A DNA stretch of 64,000 bases. It comes from Ruditapes philippinarum. Lineage: Eukaryota. Within the stretch, counting starts at the first letter, position 1, and each line of letters starts with the position of its first letter. The notes under the pieces were generated by a model. It was not told the DNA's origin and made no database searches. It saw nothing but the letters and a program-made list of their open reading frames with translations. Made by a program: the position numbers and the translations under genes. Shown piece after piece: positions 1 to 14,097 of the stretch. Where the stretch lies: the NCBI RefSeq assembly GCF_026571515.1, contig NW_026863984.1, forward strand, positions 124,001-188,000, read 5' to 3'.

Positions 1-1009
1 GATTTAGATCTTCAAAAGATTGTTAAATTTAAATTATTTATATTCATTGTTTTGTGAATTGTACTTTGTCTAGCTTTATGCTGACTGCTGCCGTAAATTG
101 ACAATTTTATTATGACGATCCATGGATCTACTCTCAGCTATGTCTGTATTTCGCTATTCGATGTATTAGTTATGATGGTCACGATGATGATTGTAATGAA
201 AACCTTTTAAAAAAAAAATATGATAGATCTACATAAATAATACGATGATCTAGCTAGGTCAGTAGGTGCACTTTGCTATTTTCAATGGCGTTAAGAATGG
301 TGGAAGCAAGAAATTTTTGTTAACTTGTGCTAATTGTCCTGAATTAGGAAAAAAATGTGTCTATTAATCTAACAGGTTCATAATAAATCAGTTATTATTA
401 GCTAATCAGTTTTAAAATATATTTTATTTGCTTTTAAATCTTCAAAATAGATCTATAATTTTCTTTTTGGTGGACGAGATTGGAAGAATGTGATTAAAGA
501 CAATACACTACTGGTCTGTATGGGAAATGTGGAAATAAATGCGATGGTGATCAGCAGCGTCTTGTGATGACTCCTGATATTTGATGAATTGTTGTATGAG
601 ATAAATTGGTGTCTGATGTTAGTAGAGCTAGTAGTTTAGTTCCTTACAGTATTAGGTGAGGTATTTCCTGTTTAAATGTTTATTTTATACATTATTTTAC
701 AATGTGAAACCTAGGTTTAGATCTACAAGTTGAACAAATTAATTATTCAGTTATATTTCAGTATTTGTTATCATAGATGTGAATACATTGCCTTATTTTA
801 GGGCCTATTGTTTTCATGGTAAAATTAAGTATGCATAATAAGCAAATTATGTTGGATAAGAAGGGGTTAAAATCACATTAAATGGAAATTGATAAATTAA
901 TAATGCACAAATAATAAAAAGATGCAGACTTCAATGCAACATCAGTCACATGATTAAGATATTAGATAATAATAATTATAGTAAATTAATAAAGTTTACA
1001 TTATATAAA

Positions 1010-1137
1010 NNNNNNNNNNNNNNNNNNNNNNNNNNNNNNNNNNNNNNNNNNNNNNNNNNNNNNNNNNNNNNNNNNNNNNNNNNNNNNNNNNNNNNNNNNN
1101 NNNNNNNNNNNNNNNNNNNNNNNNNNNNNNNNNNNNN
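1010..1137. other. Assembly gap
   Basis: Run of N flanked by AAT-rich low-complexity sequence. Confidence 1.
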
Positions 1138-4100
1138 ATAATAAGACAATCATGAATTCATAATTATAATAAAAATAAGAAATTATTAATAATAATAAAT
1201 TGATAATAATAATAATTTTAAATAGACTATGTTGTTTATAATTCATGGTGTAGGCTACATTACAGTACAGATTTATAACAAATTATATTTGTCACACAAT
1301 TTATTGCAATTTTTAGTTGACAAGTTGTAGTTCACTTTTCATTGTAAAATTTATTTTCCATTGCACCTTTTATTTACTTTACACAACATAAAAAGATAAA
1401 TATTTTAATATAATAAATGGATAGCTAATTTATTAAATGATTATGAACCTCTTTTGATGATTTAGTCATAGTGAACACCATCCAAATATAAAACTTTAAA
1501 TTTGAAAGTATATCATTTACTTTTTATTTTTTCTTATAGTTTGACAATAGATCTACACATAATTAAACTTAAAACTTTAATTTAGAGGGTAGAAGTTTTA
1601 AATTTAGAGGTTAAAAGTTTTCCATTTCTTAGGATTTCTTGTAATCTCATGCTATATGATAGGTACTCATTCCCCTAAGCTAGTGATAAAAGTGAACACG
1701 CTTCTTAAATTTTAGTGTTAAACACTGTTGATAATATTTACACAAAATCAGGCATTCAACGTTTAACTTTTCTTTGTTGAATGTTATTCAAAGGAAAATC
1801 ATTCAAGACAATTTTCTCTTGGCTTTAGTATAATACCCAACTTTGGTTGAATTGCAAGACCAATTTTTATGTAAACTAATAGAGGATGTGAGGTTTGATA
1901 TTTAAAAAGTTAATATAAATCGTCTTACTTTAATTTCGATGTTGAAACAATATTTTATTGTGAAAAAGTACACCCTATTAAATTTCAAAATAACATGGTT
2001 ATGATATTAAAATGACATTGTGCCTATTTTGTCATGGTCAAGTTATGCTGAATTGTCTTTATGTTTCAAATAATTGACTGAAAAAGGTTATTGACCTACA
2101 GCTGATATTTTAAAATGTTAAGGATAAAATATAAGTATGCCTAAAATATAAAAAGACTGTCCCAAACTTTTTATAAATTGAACATTTTGGGTAATTTCCA
2201 ATGGCATTGATTTATCGTTCATAAATGGAAAGTACATAATATTGTCATTATAAAAATTGAAAGGAATTATGGCAAGATTTAAACTTATTTGACTTTCACC
2301 TGTTCATTCAATACACTCATTATAATTAAAGCCTTGGATGGGCATTATGCATTATGTCAAAAATATCTATTACATACTGTTTAATACTGTTTACATTCTA
2401 TTAGTGTCAATTAAATGTACAAATATTTTTATAATTTTGTAATAAATTATTATGCACTTCAGAGTCCATCTAAGCTCTTGATATTTATATAATTTTTGTT
2501 CTTAAAATGATTGCCTTTTTATCTTCATGGTAATTATTAATAAACTTTGTTGATTTCTGTCTGGATTATTTTATTAACAATAAACATAATAAGGCACATG
2601 AAAAACACTAACTTTACAATGTTTAAATAAAATGATGCAAATACTTTGGCAATGTTCTAAGGTTTCACTTTGTTCAAAGCTTAAATTATCATATTATTAG
2701 GCTATTATTTTTTTTCAGCAGCTACTTAATTTGATAATCAAAAATGTCTTGGCTGAAAATCAGCAAATGCTTGGCTGAAAATCAGCAAATGCTTTCTGTA
2801 TTGCAGATAGATTATTGAGTGTGGCTTTCAATTAAAATAAAATGTAAATACATGTGTATTATTATAATCAATGTTTATTTAAGTCTATTAATTGGTTGAA
2901 TTGACTAATAACCAATACAGAATCAAACAACTTTTAACTGACAGTATAGCTGGATGCTGCAAACTGACCAGTGAAAGAATATTTTGTGTAATTGCTGATA
3001 ACACTGGCAGTAGAATTTATGTCCAACAAAAAGCTTAAACCATTTAGTATGTTTTTGGCCAATAAAGATATTTCATTAGTAAATATTCCATGAAATCTAT
3101 TATTAATTGTTTCAAATCTTTTTACAGCTCAGTTAAGTATATTAGTATAAGTACCTATTTTAAATAAGCGCTTCACACAGTTGTAAGAAAGACAGTTCAG
3201 GATTGACCAGGATGGGTGGTGTGAAATGCTGCAAATTGAAAAATATAGCTCGAACCTATGTTCAATTGTGGCAACCTATGTACAATTGTGGGGTAAAAAA
3301 ATAGGACAATTTCTAACACGTTAATATTGCATGCTATTCTAATGACAATAGCTGCTAAGCATACTAAAATGTAATGCCAGTGTTCTGCCTTGTCGAAGAT
3401 ATGATGAATTAAATTGTTGCTAGTTTTCTTTACGCATGGAGCGTAAGTGTTTACATCATGCGATTTAACCTGATTAATGTAACATTATTAAACATGTTGG
3501 TTGAATTGGAAGGATTCGAACCCATGGAGTGCAATTGGAAATATCTGCTATGAGTCATGCAGGTCTCACGATCTTGATGGTCACTATTGTATTGGGCATA
3601 TGTTTTCGGCGCGTTGGTTGGTGGCTGCCCCCGGGGGACCCTCGCCCACTTTGCGGCCCTCCAACCTTTCAGAACCATAATATTGAAAATTGGTGAAAAA
3701 ACGTTGGGGTTATGGAGTTCAATTATTATTAAGATGAGTGCTGAAAAATGTGCAGCGAGTTGCATACCTTTACTAAATATGTATATATAAATCAATTTTT
3801 TATTTTTTGTGGGAAATGAAGGTAATTGAATTAAAAGCATATACCAAATATTAAAACATGTTTCAAATGAAAAATACTGCAGTTTACATGGTTTTGGGGG
3901 GTGGGAGGGTTGTGGGGTGGGTGGCTGATCAGCGCGCCGAACACCTATGGCATAGAGTGGTTCAGGAAATGTATATTTGAAAAGTTGATGTGTTGATGCA
4001 TAATTTATAGTTCAGTTGATTGAATGCACTTATTGTATACATGTATCTAGCACATATTTGAAGCAGTTTGAACGTTATTGCTAAATTAATATCTCGAAAA

Positions 4101-5930
4101 AATGCACTGTCAAATGTTTATACATTTAGCTAGCACATATTTGGAGCAGTTTGAATGCTTTTGCTAAATTCTTGTCAAGAGAAATGGCACTGAACTCGAG
4201 ATCTTGATGGTTACTACCCAAATTATTGTGTTTCAGATAGTGTCATATTTGATTATGAGCGCTAGTATATGCATATTTGTTGGAATGCTGCTTTATTTGC
4301 TAAGTTGAATTACCTTCATGGCAGTGTTGTATTATAAATCATAGAATGGCTGGGCACGACTAATTTTTTTTTAAGTATTCAATTCGCCGGAGCCAATAAT
4401 AGTATGATATTGGCGAAGCCAATATTATATGTTATTGGCGGAGCCTTCGACTGGAAAACGGGAAATCTCCCGTTCACCATCCGAAGTCTAGTGGCGGCCG
4501 GCGAATAGACATTTTGTGATACTGGCGATACTGGTTTCTGCTTCCCAGAACCAATTTCGCGCAACAGTGTCAATGCTGTGTTGTTGCTCATATACATTTG
4601 TGAAAATTGACTATTTTGTGAATGAAGAATTGAAAGACTAGTATTGCTTTGATCAATTATTTTCTAGAACATACTGTTCCAAAAAGCTATACAGTTTGTT
4701 CCATTTGCTTGTTTTGATTTTGTGTCATTTGTTTGCTTTGCTATGGATGCCCTAACAGGGTTTTGTATGCCCGGTATCCAAACTTTTTGGCTTTTATTAA
4801 TGGAGTCGTGCCCATAAAATGCCAAAGATAAACTAAGACATTACTCAGTGAGATAAATTACATATGCCACTATGTATGACTATAAAATAAAATTAGTTAA
4901 AGTATGATATTGTTTTGTTGTTGTCCCAAATAACAATATTATTATCAATGTATCAAATATTTTTAAGTCTTTGTGTACAGTGATGTTGAAACAGACCGTT
5001 TCTGATAAAAACCCGTTCATTTAAGGCAATGATTTATATTTTCGTAAGGCTTCAATTATGAATTACACAGTTATTAGTTATAAGTTACCACTGCTTAGAA
5101 TACAAATTCAAACGTAAATATCTTCTTATTTCTATTTTACATAGGAATCAATTACAAAGAGAATCTATACTAGCTCAAACGTCTATACGCTACAATTTCG
5201 GAACGATGTTTTCTTCTTCTCCTTTTTTTTTTGGGGGGGGGGAGGGGAGGGGAGGGGTGTTGTGTTGTTTTTTTGTTGTTTTTTTGTTGTTTTTTTCAGC
5301 ATTCATAATAATAAAGAAAAGTCACTAAATACGTCTATATTTAAACGAACCTTGATTATTAAATATATACAGACTTTATAAAAACTACTCGTATTTTGCA
5401 AAAGAAATATTTGTGTGCACACACAAAGCTACATGTACTTATCTATCCTATATTTCTCACGGTAGTCCTTCTGTTTGGCCGGATGTTCTATTTTCATTCT
5501 TCATTCAATAAATAATAATAAAAATTAACACTCACTGTTTATCAATTAGACAAGTTTATGGTACGTCCTATAATTATCTTTTTAATATTTTCACTTCGAT
5601 TATTCAATTTACATAAAAGAATCCCCTTTAATCCTTTTATCAATTTTAATTGTATTTATGTCATTCTATTTAATAATCACGAACGAACTCTTTATCACAG
5701 TGTTTTCAGCGTAAATGTATTTGCATCGTATGCTTTAATTTCCAGTATCAAAAAAACTATTATAATACTATGTTTATGATTTCAGATGGGACAGTGCGAT
5801 GTTTTGAGAAGAAAGTATCATTTTGCTATAGGGATGAAATCTTCCAAAGATGAAGTTGAAGTTATTTTGGACGCATAGATGCCTACAGAGTAGATACAGA
5901 AGCATTTATTGACAGTGGTGTTTATATATT

Positions 5931-6152
5931 AACCCGCGTCACGACAAAACCAACATAGTGCGTTTGCGACCAGCATGGATCGAGACCAGCCTGCGCATCC
6001 GCGCAGTCTGATCAGGATCCATGCTGTTCGCTATCAGTTTCTCTACTAGTAATAGGGTTTGTAAGCGAACTGCATGGATCCTGATCTGACTGCGCGGATG
6101 CACATGCTGGTCTGGATCCATGCTGGTCGCAAACGCATTCGTGACGCGGCTC
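5931..6152. mobile_element. ~235-bp palindromic MITE family (GAGCC...GGCTC ends), copy 1
   Basis: Shares the CGTCACGACAAAACCAACAT...GCGACCAGCATGGATC...GTCTGATCAGGATCCATGCTGTTCGCT arm. Small deletion in the right arm. Confidence 0.85.
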
Positions 6153-6494
6153 ATATAACTAATGTTTTTATTTTTTTAACATTTCATACTGAATTACTCA
6201 TCATATTTTGGAATCAGTGATTTTGCAAGGATATCAATTGCATAGTTATGAATATAATACTTATTGCTGATGCAGACAAAAAGTATTATTTTTGTTCCAA
6301 AGATACTTTTTATTCAAACATTAATACTTTTTTGTTTTTCATTTATACTTTTAGAGAGAGAAAAAACTTTTTGTAGGAACCAGTTTTAATGAGTTTCTTT
6401 CTCATTTAATATAGATCTACTTGTCCCGACAAAGGACACAGGAAAGTAAATCAGCAGTTTTCACGTATTTTGTCACAATCAATAATTCATTAAT

Positions 6495-6729
6495 GAGCCG
6501 TGTCACGACAAAACCAACATAATGGGTTTGCGACCAGCATGGATCAAGACCAGCCTGCGCATCCGCGCAGTCTGATCAGGATCCATGCTGTTCGCTATCA
6601 GTTTCTCTACTTGTTATAGGGTTTGTAAGCGAACAGCATTGATCCTGATCAGACTGCGCGGATGCGCAGGCTGGTCTGGATCCATGCTGGTCGCAAACCC
6701 ATTATGTTGGTTTTGTCGTGACGCGGCTC
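6495..6729. mobile_element. Palindromic MITE, copy 2 (full length)
   Basis: ~100-bp inverted arms GAGCCGTGTCACGACAAAACC...GGTTTTGTCGTGACGCGGCTC with AT-rich 4-bp flanks. Confidence 0.9.
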
Positions 6730-8457
6730 ATTTATAGTACATATATAAAGTTATTTTGTAAAGTACAATTCATTGAATACATTAAAACCTATGAGTATTT
6801 TATAAGCGTACTGAAGACTCATCATAAAAAAATCGAAATTCAATACAAAAAATGAGCTGCCAACAGTAAAGAGCCTGATTGGAATGCGCGAAAAAGACTT
6901 GCCTAATTCTTTTGTTGGTACCAACGGCTTACCGCCTAGTTTTCTACAGGTTGAGAGCTAAAACTTTAATGTAAAGAACACATGTTTGTTTCAATATCAG
7001 AAAACCAAAAATTGGATACGACTAAGTGTAGAGCCTTGTCATACTGCCCAGTCTGGCTCTAAACTGGTGGTAAATGTTTCAGTCCAAACAGATAAAGGGA
7101 TACGATAATTGAAAAGATAGTTGTTGAAATGTGTAATGATGCAAAAGAGTACCATCATTAGAAGTTATTCATCCGCGTGTGTATCTGAATTTCTGTTTTC
7201 ACAGAGAATGTATAATTAACTTGTTTATGCATAAGCTGCATATGTTTAGCGTCTGGGTCTGATAAGGGATTGAGTAAAATAACATAAATATTATTGTAGT
7301 TTAATTGTGAAAAATCATTAATTATATTAATACACATAACATATTCATGACAGGATTTTATGAAGTTAAGCTGTTTCTTGGTACTTATTATTATTGGTAA
7401 TTATTACTTACTTATTGGTAATTATTTGAATGTGATATAAAAATATCCCGCTAAGTCAAGTCCTGTTGAAATATCAAATGGTCCCGTTTTTTTGTTTTTT
7501 GTTCATTAAACAGATAAAAAAAATTAAGAACGTCTAAAACGGCAAAATTAAAACACTGCAGTCTTGGTTTGATTGTGCCTTCTTTCTTTCAAATATGTAA
7601 CCACTGGATGCTATAAAGGAAACATATTTAGTGCCACTTTAAACGGGTGACACCTTAATTACATTGAAGTCACATACATTTTATTTTTATCACGTTCTAA
7701 GGGAACATAAATGATTACTAGCAATAACCAATTGCCTAAAGATATTCGTAACTATGCGTTTAAATATCGCTCGTCTATACAAAGTTACATTACGCATAAC
7801 ATGATGTCAGCAAAAAGAAATAAAATGTAATTCTGTTCACATTTTATAATTTATCGACTTATTGTCGCGGATACAATTATTTAGATTACATTTTGAACCT
7901 GATTAAGATTTTGATATTCAGTACCTTTGACATAAAAAATATTTTTTCTTCGGATCTAATCATTTCTATAGCTATAACTATGTACCATAATGACTTCAAC
8001 TTTGAACTTTTTTGCCTTCAATCATTTGATGAAAAGTAAGATTTCACACTAATAAGTAGTGTAGTTTGTAATAAAAAAGTCATACGATAACACAATCAAC
8101 CTACATCTATTCATACAATATTGTACCAGTTGTTCAACCTAATATAAATGTCACTACCGCAGAGAGGTTTAAAATTACCACTATGTGACAATTTATGACA
8201 GAAAATTCAAAATTTGGAAAAGAGGCGTACATACAAATGTATATTATTTAGGATGTATTTGGTTTTCTTATGGTTTCTTTTTATACTGTTAGCGTGTTCT
8301 ATATCAATTTGTATAGGGAGAAGAATAATTAAAAAAAATGTATTTTACCATTTTCATATGGAAACAATCCTACACAATTTAAAATTGCTAGTAAGTTCAG
8401 TACTAAAGATGATATACTCGTATTAAGGATGTAAACCTTCCCTTCTATGGAGTATTT

Positions 8458-8666
8458 GAGCCGCGTCACGACAAAACCAATATAATGTGTTTGCGACCAG
8501 CATGGATCCTGACCAGGATCCATGCAGTTCGCTTACAGACCGTATAACAAGTAGAGAAACTTATAGCGAACAACATGAATCCTAATCAGACTGCGCGGAT
8601 GTGCAGGCTGGTCTTGATATATGCTGGTCGCAAACCCATTATGTTGGTTTTGTCATGACGCGGCTC
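8458..8666. mobile_element. Palindromic MITE, copy 3
   Basis: Same ends, with an internal deletion in the left arm between GGATCC repeats. Confidence 0.85.
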
Positions 8667-9988
8667 ATATAACGCCTTTAATAGTGCTGTGAATAAAAAT
8701 AGAGGGTTAATGCACCTTTTTTCATGCATTAAATCTGCAGCAGCACATTGATACATTTGAAGCTGGCAATGTTCGCTAGAATTCCGAGTGCTTTTGCCGA
8801 TGTTATTGCACGAAAGAAGTGCATAAGTAAAATATACGTCTGATTTTGGAACAACTACGCGAGGTCGCGTTATTAAATCCGAAAATATGCGTTTTCTTCT
8901 CATTTAATGTATGCGTGCATTCGAAAAGGCACAAACCAATTTTTTTATTTAATCCCGACAGCCCAGCATTTTTTATTTGTTTTCGTTTATTTGTTTAATT
9001 AGTTTTACTTTTATTTTCTTGATTTTTTTTCGTGTGTTTCTTTGATTTTTCCCCTTTCCTTTCTATAGACAACCCGGATATTTGTTGAATGTATAATTGC
9101 TGCAGATGTGGCTGGTGACTGATATTTACGTACATTTGCTTTGCCTAATTTTATCTTGACATGTAAACACACATTGTATGTGCAATAACGCGCTTTGTAT
9201 TGACTCATTTTAATACTATTTGTATGATAAACTAATTTTTGTTTTTATTATAATAATTTATGCGGTAACTTATGAAACATATTTTATAAAAAAAAAGACA
9301 AATTTCGTATAATGCAAAACTCTCACGCTTTTTTTTAATAAACTAACCACCAAAATATCTGGAGTTTTTTTTTAAATCTAAGATATGGATATATAGAATT
9401 TATCATGAATTGAATATCCAAGGACGTAACATTATATATTGCGTCTTCATGTTTCATTGAACTAATCATATCTTGTTTATTTCATTTCATATATTTTGAT
9501 AAGACACATAAGCTGAAAATGCTCCCGGCTAATATATCTTTTGTCAGAGCAGCATTAGCTTGTCGCGTGGTTTGCATAGAGGTCATATCCGTGTGGGTGG
9601 ATATAAACAAATTTAAATCTTAAATATATGTTATTGTTAGTTGAAACCCGCGTGGCTGTATAACATAAGCATGTGAGAAAAAAACATAAAGTCATTCAAT
9701 GGAAATATTTATATCTATTGACGTCCATACTTATTTAATTATTTCAGGATACCGATCTGCGTGTCACTATATCAACATTTACATTTAAACCAATAACAGT
9801 TTTTACTTAACCTTGACATTTACGGTCAAGAGGTCGCATATACGTTCTTATCAAAATCGGGTATGTTTATACTCTGTTAAGCATATAAAAATCATGAAGA
9901 AAATATCCATACTTTAAAACTAGCTTCACTAAATACCTTAAAAGTTCGTATTCTTTTATCAACTTTGCCAAAAGCATTTATCAATTAA

Positions 9989-10730
9989 AGCTGCTCGCCT
10001 CCAGATGAGCAAAAATATTTCGATAAAATCAAACCTGAGAAAAATGTACCAAGATTTTAGGAAAAGTATAAAGATTCAAAATTCTAGTAATTATTTACAT
10101 GTAATATGCGATTTATGACCGATTTTTCAGTATATATAGAGGATATTCAAGTTTTTTCTATAAATACATGATTTATTTTCATCGAGTGGTATGAAAATAA
10201 ATATTTCATGAGTGGCAGTAGCCACGGGTGAAATATGGTAATTTTCATGCCACAAGATGAAAATAAATCATGTATTTATAGAAAGAACTTGAATTTTCTG
10301 TTTATAATATACGATTTTCTCCTTTTTGACATTAAAATTTGAAAGACTTTCCTGGAAATTTTGTGTACTGGCAGAATTTTAAAAAAAGTAGTCCGGCATC
10401 ACACCAGTGAAAATACGGAAAAAATGATTCACTGCAGTGAAAAATAAATTTTTACAGTAAAAATACGGAAAATGAAAATACGCATTTTATTTCATCAATA
10501 TTTCTCAATATTTCATTTTTAAGTATATAATAAATAACTTTATTTCGCATTACTAACGCAGTAAGGGCTATTTTTGCTTTATTTTTGCCTCTTTATGGTT
10601 AGTTACATGGGTTGTACATGTAAGTGCCATTGATAATGTGTAAATTGCATTATTTTGGTAATTTCACAAGATTGTATTCTTACATAGATTTTCAAATTTT
10701 CATGAAAGTATCATGAATCTGCGTGCGGCG
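9989..10730. mobile_element. Kolobok-like element, second copy, interrupted by a ~400-bp insertion
   Basis: TTAA|AGCTGCTCGCCTCCAGATGAGC... is colinear with 39178-39510 on both sides of the insertion at ~10133-10535, and ends ...GAATCTGCGTGCGGCG|TTAA. Confidence 0.7.
10133..10535. mobile_element. Hairpin-containing non-autonomous element (Crypton-like), intact copy
   Basis: Long subterminal hairpin TTCAAGTTTTTTCTATAAATACATGATTTATTTTCATC...GATGAAAATAAATCATGTATTTATAGAAAGAACTTGAA centred on TTTCATGAGTGGCAGTAGCCACGGGTGAAA. A second, interrupted copy lies at ~54240-56990. The family assignment is inference. Confidence 0.6.
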
Positions 10731-13617
10731 TTAAACAGAAGAATTTAAAAACTTAAAACAGGGACAGTGGAAATCCTGATTAGACGATACGGGTGTACAG
10801 GTTGGATTTTGTCTGCACTGGTGGCAAAAATAAATATTCAAATGCATTCAGCAAGCTTTAGGTTTATTGAAATATTGTCCTGTAAATATATATACCAGTC
10901 TGAGAATGTTTCTAGCAGGTATTTTGTGACTGTCATCTTAGTTAGTACTAAAAATATTTATCGTGAATGATGTTGTTTTTCCTGTGAAAAGAAAAACAGG
11001 GCTTGGTTTTATATTTTAGGCATTTCCGAATCAAACTACTAAAAGTGAATTTTAAATAGTATGATTATTTATTGCCTAATCAAATTTCATAGATGTGCAA
11101 GATTGTCTGCCTCTTTAGTGGTCGTAAAGATTGATGAACAAATTGTTTTTTTCTAGTTGACTTTCAAATGGTGGGGTATTTATTTATACTGAGGATACAG
11201 AGTTTACATTGCGAGTAGGTTCAAGTCCTGCTAGGATATTATTATTTTTTTAATTCTTCTTATTGCATGGAATAAATTTGCAAAATTTTATAATAATTTA
11301 CTCATTTTAGTGTTGAAAATAGTGTTCAATAACAACTTATAAGACATTTATATTAAACATTCCCAAACCTCCATCACATATTCTTTTCGATTAATAACCA
11401 CATTTTTTGAGACATATTATTTCATCTATGGGTGTTTCTACCACTTCTAAATTTAGTCATAGATGTAAAAGAGAAAACTGTTATTATGAAAGCATATTTG
11501 TTGGTGTTGTTCGATAATTTATTTAGATCAGATCGTTTTCTTTTTCTTTTTTTTTCTTAGATCCTGTAACACACGAGACCGTTTCGTAGGTAATCCCTAT
11601 TTGTACCACATACAAATATCTTTCTGATATTACAACGTAGACATTTGTTTTTAAGTAAATAAGATGTAAAAATAGTTGTTTTTTTTTAATCCTATAAATC
11701 AATTTTGGTTTTATCCTGGGTTAAACTGTTTTTACTCAACTGCTAGAATACACTTGTTAATCTAATTTCTAAATATGTTTCATTAAATCAAACATATTAT
11801 CATTATTTTACAACCATTTTGTAGTGTGGAGTATATTCTCTTTTCTTTTACTTCTCTTTCATAGGATTTTAAAAATAAATAAGATTAACAAGAGTATACT
11901 AGTTCTTATATGTTTTATATGTAAATAAACAAATTATATGTGATAATAGTTACATATGTCTCTTATAAATCTCAGTTGATTGGACTTACATGTATTTTAA
12001 ATGTATATGTTTTTTTATGTACTGTATTTGTAAATGTGAGAAAGAGACTGAAATAAACGAATAATAATAATAATAATAATGTACAAAAATATGACCTTGG
12101 TCACAGTTAGTCTAAATTTCCTTGTCAAGACATTAATATATCCCCTCTCTTACCAATTTTAATGGTATGCTTTAATCTTTTATATAACATTTGACACTGT
12201 ATACGGCTATCATGACCATTTCACGCTGATCATTTTACGCTATTATCTAGACTTAGTGACAAAATATACCAATTGAATTTAATGATGCTTTTTTACAAAC
12301 CCTGTATACTTTCGCCCACGTACTACTTTAAAAATGGTTCAAAACAAATATCATGAATCACGTTTGTTATTGAAAGCAAATTTTTGCTGACGCAAAACGT
12401 TTATATATGTTCACTTTAAATTTATATAAAAAAGTAAAGAAAATTAAAAGATAAATACGAATCGTGACTTTTGGTGCAAGATTCTTCTCACATTTCTCTT
12501 AACAAGTATTTCAAAGTACTTTTCAAATATTATTACTAGATGCGTTGATTTAAGTGTCACACACTGATAAAATCAAAACATAAATTGATGTCATTTGAAA
12601 CAACTTTGATTATGTGTTCAAAACTAGTCACGAAAAAAGGGTAGGAATAAATTTGGAAATAATACAAGATATATAGTATTGCCATGCCCATGGTGTAAAA
12701 ACACCTACGCGTTTGATTTTATAATCGATTCGTGAAATAATTAAATTAAAGATTATCATTATCATGCTTTATCAAAATATACAAACTTTCTTTGTGTAAA
12801 CACAATTTTACGTAAAATCTGTTTTATATTAATCTAAAAGTTTTTATATCAACCGTCTACCTATAGTTAAACTATAGGAATTGCTCAAGATCCATTTCAG
12901 AAAACTGACGAAAATTTGACGACAATATCATTCTTCGTTTTAAGATTCAGAGCCCCTACGTACCCTAGTAGTTCCCCCCCCCCCCCGCATATTCATCGAT
13001 TAAGCACTACTAATAACTAACACATATTGGAGTTATTCTGTCTTGAAACTGTTACCCTCTTGACTGGAAATCGGAAGTGAGGAGCCATTTGCTACCAGTA
13101 TAGAGTCCGGTCAGCCGTGCGTCAATCCATGACATATATTCGGAAGGTTAAGGGTTAAAATATCGTAAATAATTGAAACAGTTACGCTAATGTCATGCAT
13201 TCCTTTAGATTCTTCAAGAATTGATTGAGGTAATTTATATATGGAAGTACGGAGGGCGACGTGGTTAACTCTTTCTTAATTTTCTCAAGGGCACGGGCTT
13301 GTTCGCTTGATTGGTTTGTTTGTTTGGTTTTGGTATATTTTTGCGCGACTACGGGTTAATTTTAAGCGTTTTTCTCTATTTATAATTTCATGGTAACTAT
13401 TGTATCTTTTTAACTTTCTAGTTAACTTTTTATACCACAAGGTAACATGTTTTTATTATCTCGTAAACAGTTTATTTTTCTTTTCTAACGTTCTCGTGCT
13501 AACTTGTTAAATATTCTCTATTGTCTTGTTGTCACGATATCCGGCATAATCCTTTTACGCTTTCGTACGTATGCAAAACCAAACAATTTGCGATATTTTA
13601 AACGAACCAGTCAACTA

Positions 13618-13714
13618 TGACCCGCGTGACGTTTGACGGGTAGTGTATATAAAAATACAAAATTTGTAGAAAACGGATTCATTATTCTTTCGATTAAGAG
13701 ACACTGTCGTAAAG
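13618..13714 (+). promoter_or_regulatory. Putative core promoter and non-coding first exon of peroxidase A
   Basis: TATATAAA at 13646-13653, Inr-like TCATT at 13679-13683 and a strong donor AAG|GTAAGT at 13714/13715. The ATG exon has an acceptor just 2 nt before the ATG (TACAG|GC-ATG), so an upstream exon is required. The upstream motif TGACCCGCGTGA..GGGTAG is shared with paralog B. Confidence 0.65.
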
Positions 13715-13958
13715 GTAAGTTTTTCACATTTGAATTTGATTTCGATTTAAAAATTAAACTATTTTCAATTGATAGTTATCAGTAAAATAAATAATTATCA
13801 ATATTACTAATATTTAATTATTATATTCGTTATTCTTATTATTTTTATTTTATATTATTTTATAATACACTGTACTTATTTTAATTCTGATAATCATTTA
13901 TTGTTTGTGTTTTTGTTGTTTGTTGTCCTCGTTGTTGTTATCTTTTATTATAGTTATT

Positions 13959-14097
13959 NNNNNNNNNNNNNNNNNNNNNNNNNNNNNNNNNNNNNNNNNN
14001 NNNNNNNNNNNNNNNNNNNNNNNNNNNNNNNNNNNNNNNNNNNNNNNNNNNNNNNNNNNNNNNNNNNNNNNNNNNNNNNNNNNNNNNNNNNNNNNNN
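13959..14097. other. Assembly gap (within putative intron 1 of gene A)
   Basis: Run of N flanked by (ATT)n. Confidence 1.

Noticed and set aside
3451-3840. 129-aa minus-strand ORF
   Set aside because: It has no recognisable domain or splice context and is explained by a local GC-rich patch in repeat-like DNA.
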